Source of the DNA: Piromyces finnis finn
Lineage: Eukaryota; Fungi; Neocallimastigomycota
Length of the DNA: 64,000 nucleotides
Assembly (NCBI GenBank): GCA_002104945.1
Contig: MCFH01000076.1
Span: forward strand, 62,001 to 126,000
Direction of reading: 5' to 3'
The position numbers and the translations under genes are program-made. How positions within the stretch are numbered: the first letter of the stretch is position 1; each line of letters begins with the position of its first letter. Below are positions 36,151 through 48,429 of the stretch, in pieces. A model generated the notes under the pieces. It was not told the DNA's origin and ran no database searches. It saw only the letters and a list, made by a program, of their open reading frames with translations.

Positions 36151-38738
36151 ATATCAATAATACATGGGCACATATTCAAATTGAATAGTACTTAATTTGA
36201 ATTACCAATTGTATTTTACTAAAAATAGTTATAGTTTAAATATTTATTAATAATTAAGATTTTAGTGTAGATTTTAAATAATAATATATAAGAAATAAAT
36301 AGTTATATTATAAATGTATTTAGGAAAAATATAAATAGAAGATATTTTTCATCATTTTATTGATGTAATTGTTATTATTTTTATTCTTAAATAAAATAAA
36401 TTTAAAAAAAAAAAAAAAATTATTTTTTAAGAAAATTTTAATATTTTGTAGTTAGTGTTATTGTAAAAGTAACCTATTTTATATTCCAATACTTTACAAT
36501 ACATAATTTAATTATTCATTTATAAAATAATTAAGATTATTTTAATAAAACATTTTTTCTAACCTAGTTATCTTTAATCTTTTATTTAATTTAATATTTT
36601 AATATTAAATTATAAGTTTAGTAAAACTTTTACATTAATACGTATTTAAAATAATGTATAATGTATCAAATTAATGTACCGTAAATTTTCACAAAATTTA
36701 TATTGATATGAAATTAATATGTCTAGCTACATATTAGCCAATATTTAAAATAATTTTTATTATTTAAAATATTCAATTTCATCTTTAGAAATTTATATAT
36801 AATATTTCATAATAATAATATAATAATTGATATATATTATAATACATTATTTATATATTAGTTATAGAATTCATGTACATATTTCATTATATTCTTAAAT
36901 ATTAATATTATATATTAGTATTAATTTTATTGTAATACTTATTTGTATTACATTACCTTTCCTTATATAGTAATATTTCATATAAAATGTAAAATATATT
37001 ATACTATATCCTATTTAATTATTATTCATATATTATGAATACATTACATTATATAATTGATATTCAATTATAGGAATTTTATAATATAAAAATATTCATG
37101 TAAAAATAATTAATAATTAGAAAGGGAAGAGCTTTAATAATTAATAAAAAAATATTATAAGTGAAATTATTAATAAGAGAGAAGTTAATAGTAATAAAAT
37201 ATTTTTCACCTAATATAATAAATTATAAATAAACTAATATTAAATTACTACAACATAAAAGAAACTTATATCAATATTTATATCACAATACATTAACATA
37301 AATTTATGTAAATTTTATTTTTATGATAAGATAAAGTTTTTGATGATAAAATAAAATTTTAAATTAAATAATTTTTAACCAATAAATATTTTAGATAATA
37401 AAAAATTTTTTTTATAAACTAAGCCTCAAAATTAGAAATAAATAAATTGAATATATGCTTGAAATATAATCAACCATATAGTAAATAAATCAAAACTTTA
37501 TTTTAAGTTTAGAAAATTCTTTAGTAAATAAATTGAATTTAAATAGTTTAATACAAATAATTTCTTTTAATAAATGTATAAATGTAAACAATGTAAAATT
37601 ATAATATTAAAACATGTATATTAGAATTTATTCAATTTATTTAAAAAGTATAAATAGAGAAATTTTTTCAACTATTGAAACGATAGTTGGAAAATCGTAT
37701 AGGTTAATTTAGTATAGATAAATTAACATTAGTTAATAAATAGTTTAGATTAATAATTTTAGTTTTAAATAAACATAAATTGATTACCTAATGAGGGCTC
37801 TGGTAAAATAACCTTCACGGTAAAGTAATCAACGGTTGTTATAGTTTAGTTTAGTTTAAATAATTTAATAAATAAATAAAATATAATAAATTGTAACGCG
37901 TATCTATATAAATATTTAATAATGTGGTAATTAATAAACTTTATATAGATAATAATTTTGATCCCAATAAGTCAATTAATTTTATTTATTAAAATTTTTT
38001 AATTATTTTTTATTTAAATTATTTTTTAATAATAAATATTTTTTTTTTTTTTTTTTTTTTAAAAATTTAAAAGTTAAAAGTTAATAGTTAATAAAAACAC
38101 AATTTTTTTAATTTTCGATTCAAACCACTTCTATTTATACTTTTTCTAAATCTGATGTGGCTAAATCAAAAATTTTAATTATCTTTCTAGATTGTTCTTT
38201 AAATTAATTAAAAATTGCATAAGATGAATCCCGTGATAAAATTACAAAAAATATTTGATTTTTCGAATATTCGAACTTATTCTTTTTCGAATAAGTTCTA
38301 TAAGTTTCTATGAGTCGTAAATTAAATTGTTAAATAAATAATCTAAAATAGATTTCGGATCAAGGTGTGAGTCGAACCCGATTGATCCAGATTAATGTCT
38401 TAAATACTAACCATTAAGACAATATTAATTATCTAATAGATTCGTTACATGGTCTTCCTCCAGGATTCGGATACCAGACGAATCTTTGGATTCATTTTAT
38501 GTTTTATTACAATAATAATTTTTTTAAGCTATATAATTACTATATAATTAAACTATACTAATTGAATTACAATAAAATAATTTTTTTTTTTTTTTTTTTT
38601 TTACATTATATATTTAATATTAAATACATGCTTAAAGAAAATCTAAAATTTAAGAAAATTTAAAGAAGTTATTTTTTTTTTTTAAATTAAAATTAAAAAT
38701 AAATTAAAAATAAATTAAAAATAAAGTTTCTGTTGAAA

Positions 38739-41700
38739 TCATTTCTTTTTGTTGAATTCCTTAAGTAGTTCTGGACAATTCAAATTTGTTTCTGGCTCCC
38801 AAGATGCTTCAGATATTGGGTATCCTTTCCATTTAATTAGATATTGGACTTTACCATAATATCTTCTTTTATCCAATATCTCTTCGACTTCAAATTCTTC
38901 CTTATTATCCACAATAACCGGCGGAGGTGGCGGTTGCTTTCTATTGAACTTGTCTTCATGGTAGGGTTCCAATTCTGAAACGTGGATGACTGGATGAATG
39001 CGAATTTCTTTTGGTAACTCCAATTTGAAAGAAACTGGAGAAATTTTTTCAATTATTTTGTACGGACCAAGTTTTCTAGGTTTTAACTTCTTATTACCAT
39101 TACGCATTATTAAAGAACTGTTGATCCATACTTTATCATTTACCTTGAGTTCAGGGGCTTTACTTCTGTGTTTGTTTGCGAATTTTTCTTGTTGATTAAT
39201 GGATTTCTTCAAGTTATCTTTAAGAGTTTTAATTATTTCTTTGAAATTTCTTGTGAATTCATCCGCAGTTGGTATCTCGGTACGACTTGGTAAAATTGGA
39301 GAATGTTTTGGATTATAGCCATAGTTAGCAAAAAATGGTGAAGTTTTGGTAGATTCTTGAACGGCATTATTGTAACTAAATTCGGCAAGATGTAAGAACT
39401 TGTACCAGTTAGAGCCTTTATAATTTGAGTAACACCTTAGGTATTGTTCTACAACGGAGTTTACCCTCTCCGTCAGCCCGTTTGTTTGGTGATGGTAGGA
39501 AGAAGAAAATTTTAGGTTTATATCAAAAGATTTGCAAATTGAATTCCAGAATTTAGAGGTAAATTGAGTACCTCTATCCGAAAGAATTTCATTTGGTAAT
39601 CCATGGAGACGAAAAACGTTGATCATGAAAGCATCAGCAGTATCGGAGGCAGAAGGGATGTTCTCAAAAGGAATGAAGTGGCATAATTTAGTTAATCTAT
39701 CGGTGACTACAAGAATGCAAGTATACTTTTGGGAAGGTGGGAGATCCGTAATAAAGTCCATAGATAAGGAAGACCAAGGACGTTCAGCAATTTCCAAAGG
39801 GGAGAGAAATCCATAGGGTTTGTGTCGAGAATCCTTTGATCGGCAACATATTTCGCAAGACCTAACATATTCTTTGACATCGACTGAGAGATAAGGCCAC
39901 CAAAAGTCACGAACAATAAGGGAAGTAGTTTTCTTTAATCCGAAGTGTCCAGCGGAGGGTGAGTCATGGCAAATTTTAAGAACTTCCAAACGACAATCTT
40001 GGGGGACATAGATCCTATTATTGAATAATAATACACCATCTTGAATTTTAAAGTTTTCGATTTGCGAATGAGGGACTGGGGGAATTTGAGTTTCTAAATA
40101 TTTGCATACTTCAAAGTAAAATTTATCATCTTTGCTATTTGAAATGATTTTATCCATAAGGGGATTGTTATCCAGAACCATGGCACAAAAGTTTTCGGGT
40201 CTAAGGACGGAATTTGGAATGTCATTGTTATACTTAAAATTTTCTAAGTAATCTGGTCTTCTAGATAAAGCGTCAGGTTTACCATTAGCAGAACCCGACC
40301 GATAAACGATGATAAAGTTAAACTCGGCAAGGAACAAAGACCAACGAACTAATCTTTGAGTCATTTTTTCGGGTTTCTTCTGGTAGAGCAAATTTCTATG
40401 ATCCGAGAAAATCTTGAAAGGCTGAGTAGTTCCTTTGAGTAGATGTCGCCAAGTTTCTAAAGCAGCTACAATTGCTAAAAGTTCTTTATCGTAGATCGGA
40501 TAGTTCCTTTCAGAAGAACTAAGCGATCTAGAGAAAAATGCCACTGGATGAACCGACTTGTCTTTTGGATTCGTTTGTGAAAGGATTGCTCCTATAGCGA
40601 AATTACTTGCATCCGTTTCAACTATGAAAGGTATATCACGATTCGGGTATGCAAGAACAGGGGAAGAAGCAAATTTGGATTTGATTAAACTAAAAGAATT
40701 TTCACACTGATGAGAGAAGCAGAATTTAACATCCTTCTTAAATAACGCATTCAGTGGTTGTGCGATCTCAGCAAAACCGGCAATGAATCTTCTATAATAA
40801 TTAGCTAACCCAAGAAACGCTTGAACCTCTTTAACGCTTTTAGGAGTTGGCCATTCCAAGATAGATGCAATTTTCTTTGGATCCATTAAAATACCTTCAG
40901 AAGATATACGATGACCTAAGAAATCGATAAATGGGACAAAGAACTCACATTTTTCAAGTTTTGCGTAAAGTCCCGCTTTTCTAAGTCTTTTAAGTACTTC
41001 TTTAACCTGGATTACATGGGTTTTAAAATTTTCCGAGAAAATTATTAAGTCATCAATATAACTAAAGACAAATATTCCCAAGATTCCCTCAAGCACATCA
41101 TTAATGAAATGTTGAAATACTGCAGGTGCGTTTTTCAAACCAAACGGCATTACAGTATATTCAAAGTGTCCATATTTGCAAGTAAAAGCAGTTTTGAATT
41201 CATCACCTTCTTTGATCCTCACAAGATTATAAGCGGATCTTAAATCAAGTTTGGAGAAGATGTTGCTTTTACCTAGATGTTCCAACATGTCATTAATTAA
41301 TGGTAAAGGGTATGAATCACGGATTGTGATTTCGTTTAATTTCCTATAATCTTGACATAGACGTAGTTCACCATTTTTCTTCGGGACAAAAAGCACTGGG
41401 GCACCAGCCGGAGACTTCGAAGGTCTGATGAAACCTTTTCGCAAATTTTCATCAATGTATTCCTTCAATACCATTGATTCTTTATCCGTTAAAGGATAAA
41501 TTGGTCCATAGAAAAGTTTGGAGTCCGGCTTAAGACGGATTTCACAATCGTATTGCCTATGTGGCGGCAATTGTTCAGCGGCTTTTTCATTAAATACATC
41601 TTCAAAGGCTTGAAGTTCAGCAGGTAGAATAACTTCTTGATTACTAGAAGTGTTAGTGGTGGAATCTTGACTTTTTGGAAGATTTGTTACAGAATCATGG

Positions 41701-42974
41701 ATATAAGAATTGGTTGAAGTGCTACAAGAAGGTTTGGAATCATTAGAAATAGAAGAAATAACATAAGTAGGGGCAACATTTGGAATGACAGAGCAATGTG
41801 ACAAACAGAAATTTGAATTAAAAGATAATTCTTTTTCAACGAAGTTAATAATAGGGTTGTGCTGATGTAACCATTCAGCACCTAAGATACCACAATATCC
41901 CGGGAGGTCTACAATATAAAATATAGTTTTACATTGGTGGTTTTTGTATTTAATTGAAATTGGGATGGATTTACCTAAGACTTGTTGTTCCCCACCAATA
42001 CCAGAGATTTTGTCGAGAGAGACGGATTTATCAAAAGGAATGTTGTTTTCTTCTGCAAAGACCACATCTATTAGGTTAAGTTGGGATCCTGAATCAATTA
42101 GTAGTTTAGTGTTAACGGAGACGTCGGAAGTATTGAGTTGGAACTCAAAAACTGGTTGTTTCAAATGGGGATTATCGGAGAATCTTATTCTAGGTTTCTT
42201 TTCAGGCATAGAATTAGAAATATGAGTCCCAGCTGTTTTTTCATTTTTACTTCTTTTTGGACAGTTGTTTAACTTGTGATCTGGAGAACCACAATATAAA
42301 CAGAGATTCTCCTTAATTCTTCTAGCCTTTTCTTCTGAGGTAAGCGGTCCGTAAGTTTTCTTATTTCTCGAAGTGAAAGGTTTTCTATTTGCTTCAGTTC
42401 TTCGGTTTTGATTAGTGCTATTAGAGTGATTGTTGTTGAAAAATCTTCTATTAGTATCGATTCTAGAATCGATTCTTGATGCTATAACTTGTAAATTTAG
42501 TAGCGTTTGTGGACCGGGAAACATTTCTAAAATTCTATTGGCGACTTGATCTTGTAGTCCAGCTAAGAAGGCGTCCATTTTTGCACTTTCGTTCCAAGAG
42601 AAGTCATCAGAGTATCGGTTAAATTCAAGAATATATTTTTGAATTTCTCCGATTTTCCTTTGCTTTATAGTTCGAAGCTTTTGATTAGCCACAAATGTTG
42701 AGTCGTTGTTGCCAAACACAGATTTAAGCTTTGCAACAAATGAGTCATAATTTAATAGGCATTCGTCATGGTTGTGAATTAATGATGCAGCCCAATTCAA
42801 GGCTTCACCATATAGTCTTGAAATAATATAGACGATTTTTGCTTCGTCATCCGCGTAGCGCTCTGGGTAGACCATAAAGATTAATTCTATTTTGGCGAGA
42901 AAACCCTTAAAGAAACGACGATTTCCAGCGAAACCATCCTTCAACGTAGCATGGTTCATCAATTCTTCATCCAT
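38739..42974 (-). CDS. Single-ORF Gag-Pol polyprotein, 1411 aa (Gag, CCHC, PR, RT, RH, IN, chromodomain)
   Basis: Uninterrupted ORF; [56 protein letters not shown]...WEPETNL. Confidence 0.95.
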   Translation of the reverse strand: MDEELMNHATLKDGFAGNRRFFKGFLAKIELIFMVYPERYADDEAKIVYIISRLYGEALNWAASLIHNHDECLLNYDSFVAKLKSVFGNNDSTFVANQKLRTIKQRKIGEIQKYILEFNRYSDDFSWNESAKMDAFLAGLQDQVANRILEMFPGPQTLLNLQVIASRIDSRIDTNRRFFNNNHSNSTNQNRRTEANRKPFTSRNKKTYGPLTSEEKARRIKENLCLYCGSPDHKLNNCPKRSKNEKTAGTHISNSMPEKKPRIRFSDNPHLKQPVFEFQLNTSDVSVNTKLLIDSGSQLNLIDVVFAEENNIPFDKSVSLDKISGIGGEQQVLGKSIPISIKYKNHQCKTIFYIVDLPGYCGILGAEWLHQHNPIINFVEKELSFNSNFCLSHCSVIPNVAPTYVISSISNDSKPSCSTSTNSYIHDSVTNLPKSQDSTTNTSSNQEVILPAELQAFEDVFNEKAAEQLPPHRQYDCEIRLKPDSKLFYGPIYPLTDKESMVLKEYIDENLRKGFIRPSKSPAGAPVLFVPKKNGELRLCQDYRKLNEITIRDSYPLPLINDMLEHLGKSNIFSKLDLRSAYNLVRIKEGDEFKTAFTCKYGHFEYTVMPFGLKNAPAVFQHFINDVLEGILGIFVFSYIDDLIIFSENFKTHVIQVKEVLKRLRKAGLYAKLEKCEFFVPFIDFLGHRISSEGILMDPKKIASILEWPTPKSVKEVQAFLGLANYYRRFIAGFAEIAQPLNALFKKDVKFCFSHQCENSFSLIKSKFASSPVLAYPNRDIPFIVETDASNFAIGAILSQTNPKDKSVHPVAFFSRSLSSSERNYPIYDKELLAIVAALETWRHLLKGTTQPFKIFSDHRNLLYQKKPEKMTQRLVRWSLFLAEFNFIIVYRSGSANGKPDALSRRPDYLENFKYNNDIPNSVLRPENFCAMVLDNNPLMDKIISNSKDDKFYFEVCKYLETQIPPVPHSQIENFKIQDGVLLFNNRIYVPQDCRLEVLKICHDSPSAGHFGLKKTTSLIVRDFWWPYLSVDVKEYVRSCEICCRSKDSRHKPYGFLSPLEIAERPWSSLSMDFITDLPPSQKYTCILVVTDRLTKLCHFIPFENIPSASDTADAFMINVFRLHGLPNEILSDRGTQFTSKFWNSICKSFDINLKFSSSYHHQTNGLTERVNSVVEQYLRCYSNYKGSNWYKFLHLAEFSYNNAVQESTKTSPFFANYGYNPKHSPILPSRTEIPTADEFTRNFKEIIKTLKDNLKKSINQQEKFANKHRSKAPELKVNDKVWINSSLIMRNGNKKLKPRKLGPYKIIEKISPVSFKLELPKEIRIHPVIHVSELEPYHEDKFNRKQPPPPPVIVDNKEEFEVEEILDKRRYYGKVQYLIKWKGYPISEASWEPETNLNCPELLKEFNKKK

Positions 42975-43030
42975 ATTCTTTATTTTATTGAAAATATCTA
43001 ATTTTAATTCAATTTAATCGTATAATATAT

Positions 43031-43126
43031 CCAAAAGAGTCCAAAAGAGTCCAAAAGAGTCCAAAAGAGTCCAAAAGAGTCCGAGAGAGTCCAAGAGTCC
43101 AAGAGTCCAAGAGAGTCCAAAAGAGT
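43031..43126. repeat. 10-bp tandem repeat (CCAAAAGAGT)x5 plus degenerate units in the element 3 leader
   Basis: Directly visible; lies about 55 nt upstream of the gag ATG. Confidence 0.9.
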
Positions 43127-43955
43127 TGTAAAACAATATACAAAGGTAGTGTCTATTGCCTAGAGAAATAATAAAGGAGTAAACAGAAGTAGTATCTAAA
43201 GTAGCAAAACAGAAAAGTACAAAAGTCAGGTAGATACTAATATACAAGTGGATATTTAAACCAAGGGTAGACACTATAACAGGTAGGAAAAATAAACAAA
43301 TTAATTAAGGTAAAGGGAATATGTTACAACTGGTGTTTTTATTGTAACGCGTATCTATGTAAATATTTAATAATGTGGTAATTAATAAACTTTATATAGA
43401 TAATAATTTTGATCCCAATAAGTCAATTAATTTTATTTATTAAAATTTTTTAATTATTTTTTATTTAAATTATTTTTTAATAATAAATATTTTTTTTTTT
43501 TTTTTTTTTTTTAAAAATTTAAAAGTTAAAAGTTAATAGTTAATAAAAACACAATTTTTTTAATTTTCGATTCAAACCACTTCTATTTATACTTTTTCTA
43601 AATCTGATGTGGCTAAATCAAAAATTTTAATTATCTTTCTAGATTGTTCTTTAAATTAATTAAAAATTGCATAAGATGAATCCCGTGATAAAATTACAAA
43701 AAATATTTGATTTTTCGAATATTCGAACTTATTCTTTTTCGAATAAGTTCTATAAGTTTCTATGAGTCGTAAATTAAATTGTTAAATAAATAATCTAAAA
43801 TAGATTTCGGATCAAGGTGTGAGTCGAACCCGATTGATCCAGATTAATGTCTTAAATACTAACCATTAAGACAATATTAATTATCTAATAGATTCGTTAC
43901 ATAAATAAAAATAATTTGTTAGTTTAGTTGAATTGTATACAAACCTGAACTTAGG

Positions 43956-44679
43956 TTAGTTTATTTTACAAGGAAGATTCGCCTGGGGGCGTGCCTGAGA
44001 TGGCTGTGAACTCACAGGAGATGTAGGAGGGGTAGTATCAGAATTCGAGGAGGTGAGCGAGTTGCGCCTCTTCATTTGAGCTGATTCCTCCTCATCTGTA
44101 AGGTCTAATTTCCTTTTAGCTACAGCAATTATATCCTTTTTGACCGTAGATTCCGATGGTGAGTGACCCATTTGGTTACTGGAGGTGGATCGACCTCCAT
44201 TTAGTGATTTAAACGACCACAGTCTTTTTGGAGGTGTCCTGGTTGATGGCAGCGATAACACACTTTTTAGGAAAAGTTACCAGCCGCATGAGGGGTATTC
44301 CTAGGCTGATTGTAAGATGAATTATACCTGATTTGATACTGATTTGGAAGATTATAAGCAGGATAAGGGGTGTAATATTCAGATTGATGATAAGTGGCAT
44401 ACCCATCTCCCATTGGTGCAGGAGGCCTGTTGTTGAAATAAGGTTCTGAGTAACTAGGTCCAGAAGCCTGAACAGGAGCAACCGGTGTTGAAGGAAAATT
44501 GTAACTGGAATTATTGGAATATCCATAAGAATAAGGGTTAAGATTGGAATAATGATTATCCATCGGACAATACTGTGGTGTGTAAGCACCATGAGGATTA
44601 TAACCGGGAGTAAAGCTATTAGAATAAGAGGCGTATTCTTTCCAGTATTCATGATTCTTTGCAGTTCCAGCCTTATAAT
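43956..44679 (-). pseudogene. Gag C-terminal remnant (Tyr/Pro/Asn-rich region, CCHC knuckle) plus the start of a -1 frame ORF, from a further retroelement
   Basis: Frame reads ...HAAGNFS*KVCYRCHQPGHLQKDCGRLNH* (premature TAA at 44267-44269; knuckle 44219-44260); slippery T TTA AAT at 44207-44213. Confidence 0.75.
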
Positions 44680-46101
44680 TGTCCAATTATAAGGCTAGAA
44701 CTATATGGATCATTCATTTACATTATTCTTTTACATTACATGATATTACATTTGTCGTACATATACATTATATTCTTATACATTGTAGAAATAATTAATA
44801 TTATAATAAAACTATATAAATTTAATATTAGGAAAAATTACTAATATAATAATATGTTCAAGTCATATATTATTTTTATATCATATCTCATTATATAACT
44901 GTAATATTTACAATGTAATTTTTCTCTTTGTTAACCCTATTAATAAAATTATTTATTAATTAAATTTATTTCACAAACTTAAAATAATATAACAAACTAA
45001 TTATTTAATATATTTTGTTTATCAAGTTTAGTTTTCGACCTCCACTTCGGGCCCTCACTAATAAATACTTTATTCTAACAGTGGGTTAGAATGGTGATAT
45101 TTCTTTAATAGCTGCCGGAAGCGCTCTACTCTTCTAATGAATATTTAAGAACTGATATGGTAGCTACCAACTCTTAAATAACCTCAATAAATAACTGGAG
45201 TAAATATACTAAACTTTTATAATTTATACGCAAGCGTTGTAGCTGTCTAGTATAAACTACTTAATTATATTATATTATTAAAAGAATAATAACTCTTTAT
45301 ATCCTTTTCTACTTCTAAGTAGTAAAGGAGGAAAATAACAATAAAACTTCTTAAATATCGAAAACACTATTCTTTCTTTCCCCGATATCTCCACCAAGTT
45401 GATACGGTTTAATTTTATGAAGAAAAAATTAAATTTTAAGTAATATATGTTTTATTAATAATTTTATTTATTACGTTCCAATATTTCTATTCTGTCTAAA
45501 TACTAAATCGTTCTGTCGTTGTCAAATATTAAAAATTCACACTAAAACAAGAAGCCCTTTTTAAACAATATTTATTCTAGTCTATTTATACTAATGAGGC
45601 TTACTTAATAATTAATTGTCCAATTATAAGGCTGGAACTATATGTATCATACATTTACATTATTTTTTCATATTACATGATATTACATTTGTCATACATT
45701 TACATTACATTCTTGTACATTGAAGAAACAATTAATATTATAATAAAACTATATAAATTTAATATTAGGAAAAATTACTAATATGTTCAAGTCACATATT
45801 ATTTTTATATCACATCTCATTATATAACTGTAATATTTACAATGTAATTTTTCTCTTTGTTAATGATAAGTTTAGGTTTAATATAACTTTATTTATTAAA
45901 TAAAATTTTATTAAAGGTAATTACAAGGCTTAATAAATTTTACATTATTATTTTTATATCTTAATTTGTGGCGTTACATACTTTATATCAAATATGTGGC
46001 TTAACTTGTATTTATTCTATTTTATATTAAATTATTCTAAGTTATTCTAATAGTTAACCCTATTAATAAAATTATATATTAATTAAATTTATTTTCATAC
46101 A
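44680..46101. repeat. Two LTR-like direct repeats (family I: 44680-44975 and 45617-46101) around ~640 bp of non-coding DNA
   Basis: Both start TGTCCAATTATAAGGCT and end in CA; copy 2 has ~194 extra bp bounded by GTTAA; no clean TSD. Confidence 0.65.
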
Positions 46102-46304
46102 TATAAATTTAAAAGTAATTTTTAAATTTATTTTCTTTTCTTTATTTTAAAATTAAAATTATTCTTTTAAATTTTATTTTAAAATTTATAATTAAATTTA
46201 TTGAAAACAAATTACTAACATTATAAACACATTATTTTTTAAGATTTAATAATTAATAAGAAAACAATAATAATAAGAATAAAAAAAAAAAAAAAAATAG
46301 TACG

Positions 46305-46928
46305 ATGTCAGCAACAGAAACACCCAAACTTATTGAAAAAGAAAAATTTTTAGAATTTATAAATAATAATATTGGGAAACCAATATCGTTAGATGGTGAT
46401 ATGGCATATAGTTTTAATCAATATAATTATAGAGCTCAAAAGATTACTGTTGAAATAAATAATAAATTTCATTCACCAGAAGAAATAGTAAATCTTTTTT
46501 CAGAACTCATTGATCAAAAAGTTGATAGTTCTTTCCGTCTTTTCCCACCATTTAATACTGATAATGGTTTAAATATTCATATTGGTAAGAACGTTTTTAT
46601 AAATAGTGGATGTAAATTCCAAGATCAAGGTGGTATATATATTGATGACAATGTTCTTATTGGACATAATGTCGTTTTAGCCACTTTAAATCATGAAGAA
46701 GATCCAAGACATAGACAAAATCTTATTCCAAAACCAATACATATTAAAAGTGGTGTTTGGATTGGTTCAAATGCTACTATTCTCCAAGGTGTTACTATCG
46801 GTGAAAATGCTATTATTGGAGCTGCTTCAGTTGTTACTAGGGATGTTTCACCAAACTCAGTTGTTGCTGGTGTTCCAGCAAAATTTATTAGAAAAATTAA
46901 GGTATCTGAAGAAAAGAATGAATCATAA
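46305..46928 (+). CDS. Sugar (maltose/galactoside) O-acetyltransferase, hexapeptide-repeat family; intronless
   Basis: FPPFNTDNGLNIHIGKNVFINSGCKFQDQGGIYI, PIHIKSGVWIGSNATILQGVTIGENAIIGAASVVTRDV...VAGVPAKFI. Confidence 0.9.
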   Translation: MSATETPKLIEKEKFLEFINNNIGKPISLDGDMAYSFNQYNYRAQKITVEINNKFHSPEEIVNLFSELIDQKVDSSFRLFPPFNTDNGLNIHIGKNVFINSGCKFQDQGGIYIDDNVLIGHNVVLATLNHEEDPRHRQNLIPKPIHIKSGVWIGSNATILQGVTIGENAIIGAASVVTRDVSPNSVVAGVPAKFIRKIKVSEEKNES

Positions 46929-47182
46929 ATTATTAAAAACTAGATTAAAGATTTAATAATGATTTCATTATTTGAAAAAAGTAATCATTAAATTAAAAAA
47001 AAAAAAAAAGAATAAAAAATAAAAACAATAATAAAAAAAAAGAATAAAATAAAATAAAGGCTATTATCAAATATAAATAAATAAATAAATAAATAAATTT
47101 TTTTATATTCAATGATAAGTTTCAAAGTCTGTATATCACAAATTTAACAAAATAAAAAAAGGTTTAATGAAATTTAATTGTA

Positions 47183-47213
<31 letters not shown>

Positions 47214-47769
47214 AATTAGTGGTATTTTTATATTGTTATTTATTAAATACTATTTAAATAAATATTTAAATTTTAATAAACACAAAGTTTTAAGTAAAAA
47301 TAAAAAACAGATGATGTTGAAAGAATTAATATTATTTTATTCTCAATTTTTAATATTTTTTGTAAGTCCACCAAAATCAAATAACAAAAAAAAAAAAAGA
47401 TAACTATATATGAATCATAGGAACATTTAAACTATACATTTGTTATTTTTATATAAAAAAAAATACCATTTATATCATTCAATATCATCATCCTATTCCT
47501 AAATAATAATTCAATAATAAAAGTGGAAAAATAGCGGAAATTTTTTAATTAACGATATAATTGTTATAAATATATTTTAATATATTACAGATTCAAATTC
47601 ATTAATAAATTAATTAATGATATTATTAATAATAATAAAATACAACTTTTTTTTTTTTAAATAATATATATTTATAATTCTTTGTTGTAATATATAAAGT
47701 TTTTTATTTTTTAATAATGAAACTATTGATATTTGTTTATTAAAAAGTTATGAGAGAATAATAATAAAG

Positions 47770-48429
47770 CTATTTTTTAGTTCTAACAAGTTTAAAACCC
47801 CATTGCATTGATTCAAGTTGTCCATTTACAGGAACCCAAAAAGCACCTAACATTTCAGTATAACGTGACATTGAAATATCACCCATATCAAATGTATCAC
47901 TCCAACCAAATTCGTTAAGAATTTTTTTAACAGTTTCTTTTGCTTCTGTATCATTTCCACAGTAAAAACCTGTAACTGGTTCTGAAAGTTTTTTTTCTGG
48001 ATCAGTCATCATTATTGCTCTAAGGAAATTTAAAGTTTTAACAACTTTAGTATCTGGAAGCAATTTTTGAACTTCTACACTAAGGCAAGTGTCATTACTA
48101 TATTTTGAATCAAGCTTGATATGGCGCAATTCTCATAAATATAAGGGTTTGTTAAATCAATTAAAATTTTTTTTTTAAGTTTTCAGCTCCAGCAGCCTTT
48201 AAGGCTTCAATAGAATGAATACCTTGTACACAATTAAAGACTCTTTCACCAAATGCTGCTGTATCTGAGAAAGTCCACATTTAGCTTTAGCACCATGAAC
48301 TTCTACCCATTTAATAGCTTTTTCATTTGTTGCTGTACGAGAGCCCATCATTACTTCATGACCAAGTTCAATCAATTTTCCAGCAATGGTATGAACTACA
48401 TCACCAGTTCCTAAAACTCCGTACTTCAT
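47770..48429 (-). pseudogene. NADPH-dependent F420 reductase-like (F420_oxidored family) oxidoreductase, frameshifted
   Basis: MKYGVLGTGDV, GHEVMMGSR, ILIDLTNP, VVKTLN, FYCGND.EAK..V..IL.EFGW...DMG.I...RYTE. Three frame breaks (~48273, the A10 run ~48167-48176, ~48125); GxGxxG reads GTGDVV. Confidence 0.8.

Larger units (their letters stand above)
27925..36498 (+). mobile_element. Degenerate Ty3/gypsy chromovirus 'element 4' with B-type LTRs, carrying four solo-LTR insertions
   Basis: 5' R-U5 remnant ends CTTTACA at 28037; PBS ATAACAATTAC 28038-28048; PPT AGAGAGAGAGAT ~35154-35165; 3' LTR 35166-36498 begins with the B-family U3. No flanking TSD found. Confidence 0.8.
37892..43901 (-). mobile_element. 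Full-length, apparently intact Ty3/gypsy chromovirus 'element 3'
   Basis: LTRs 43343-43901 (5') and 37892-38449 (3') differ only by 1 substitution plus poly-T length as far as seen; TSD TAAAT (37887-37891 / 43902-43906); PPT GGAGGAAGACCA just inside the 3' LTR. Confidence 0.95.

Noticed and set aside
43031-43126. CRISPR-like array
   Set aside because: 10-bp head-to-tail repeats with no spacers, inside a retrotransposon leader; no cas genes.
44680-46101. Complete TRIM-like mini-retrotransposon
   Set aside because: No matching TSD, PBS or PPT around the 640-bp interior in either orientation; kept only as two LTR-like repeats.
47167-47403. 78-aa hydrophobic ORF between the two bacterial-type genes
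   Set aside because: Low-complexity A/T runs in the shared 3' region of two convergent genes; no motif.
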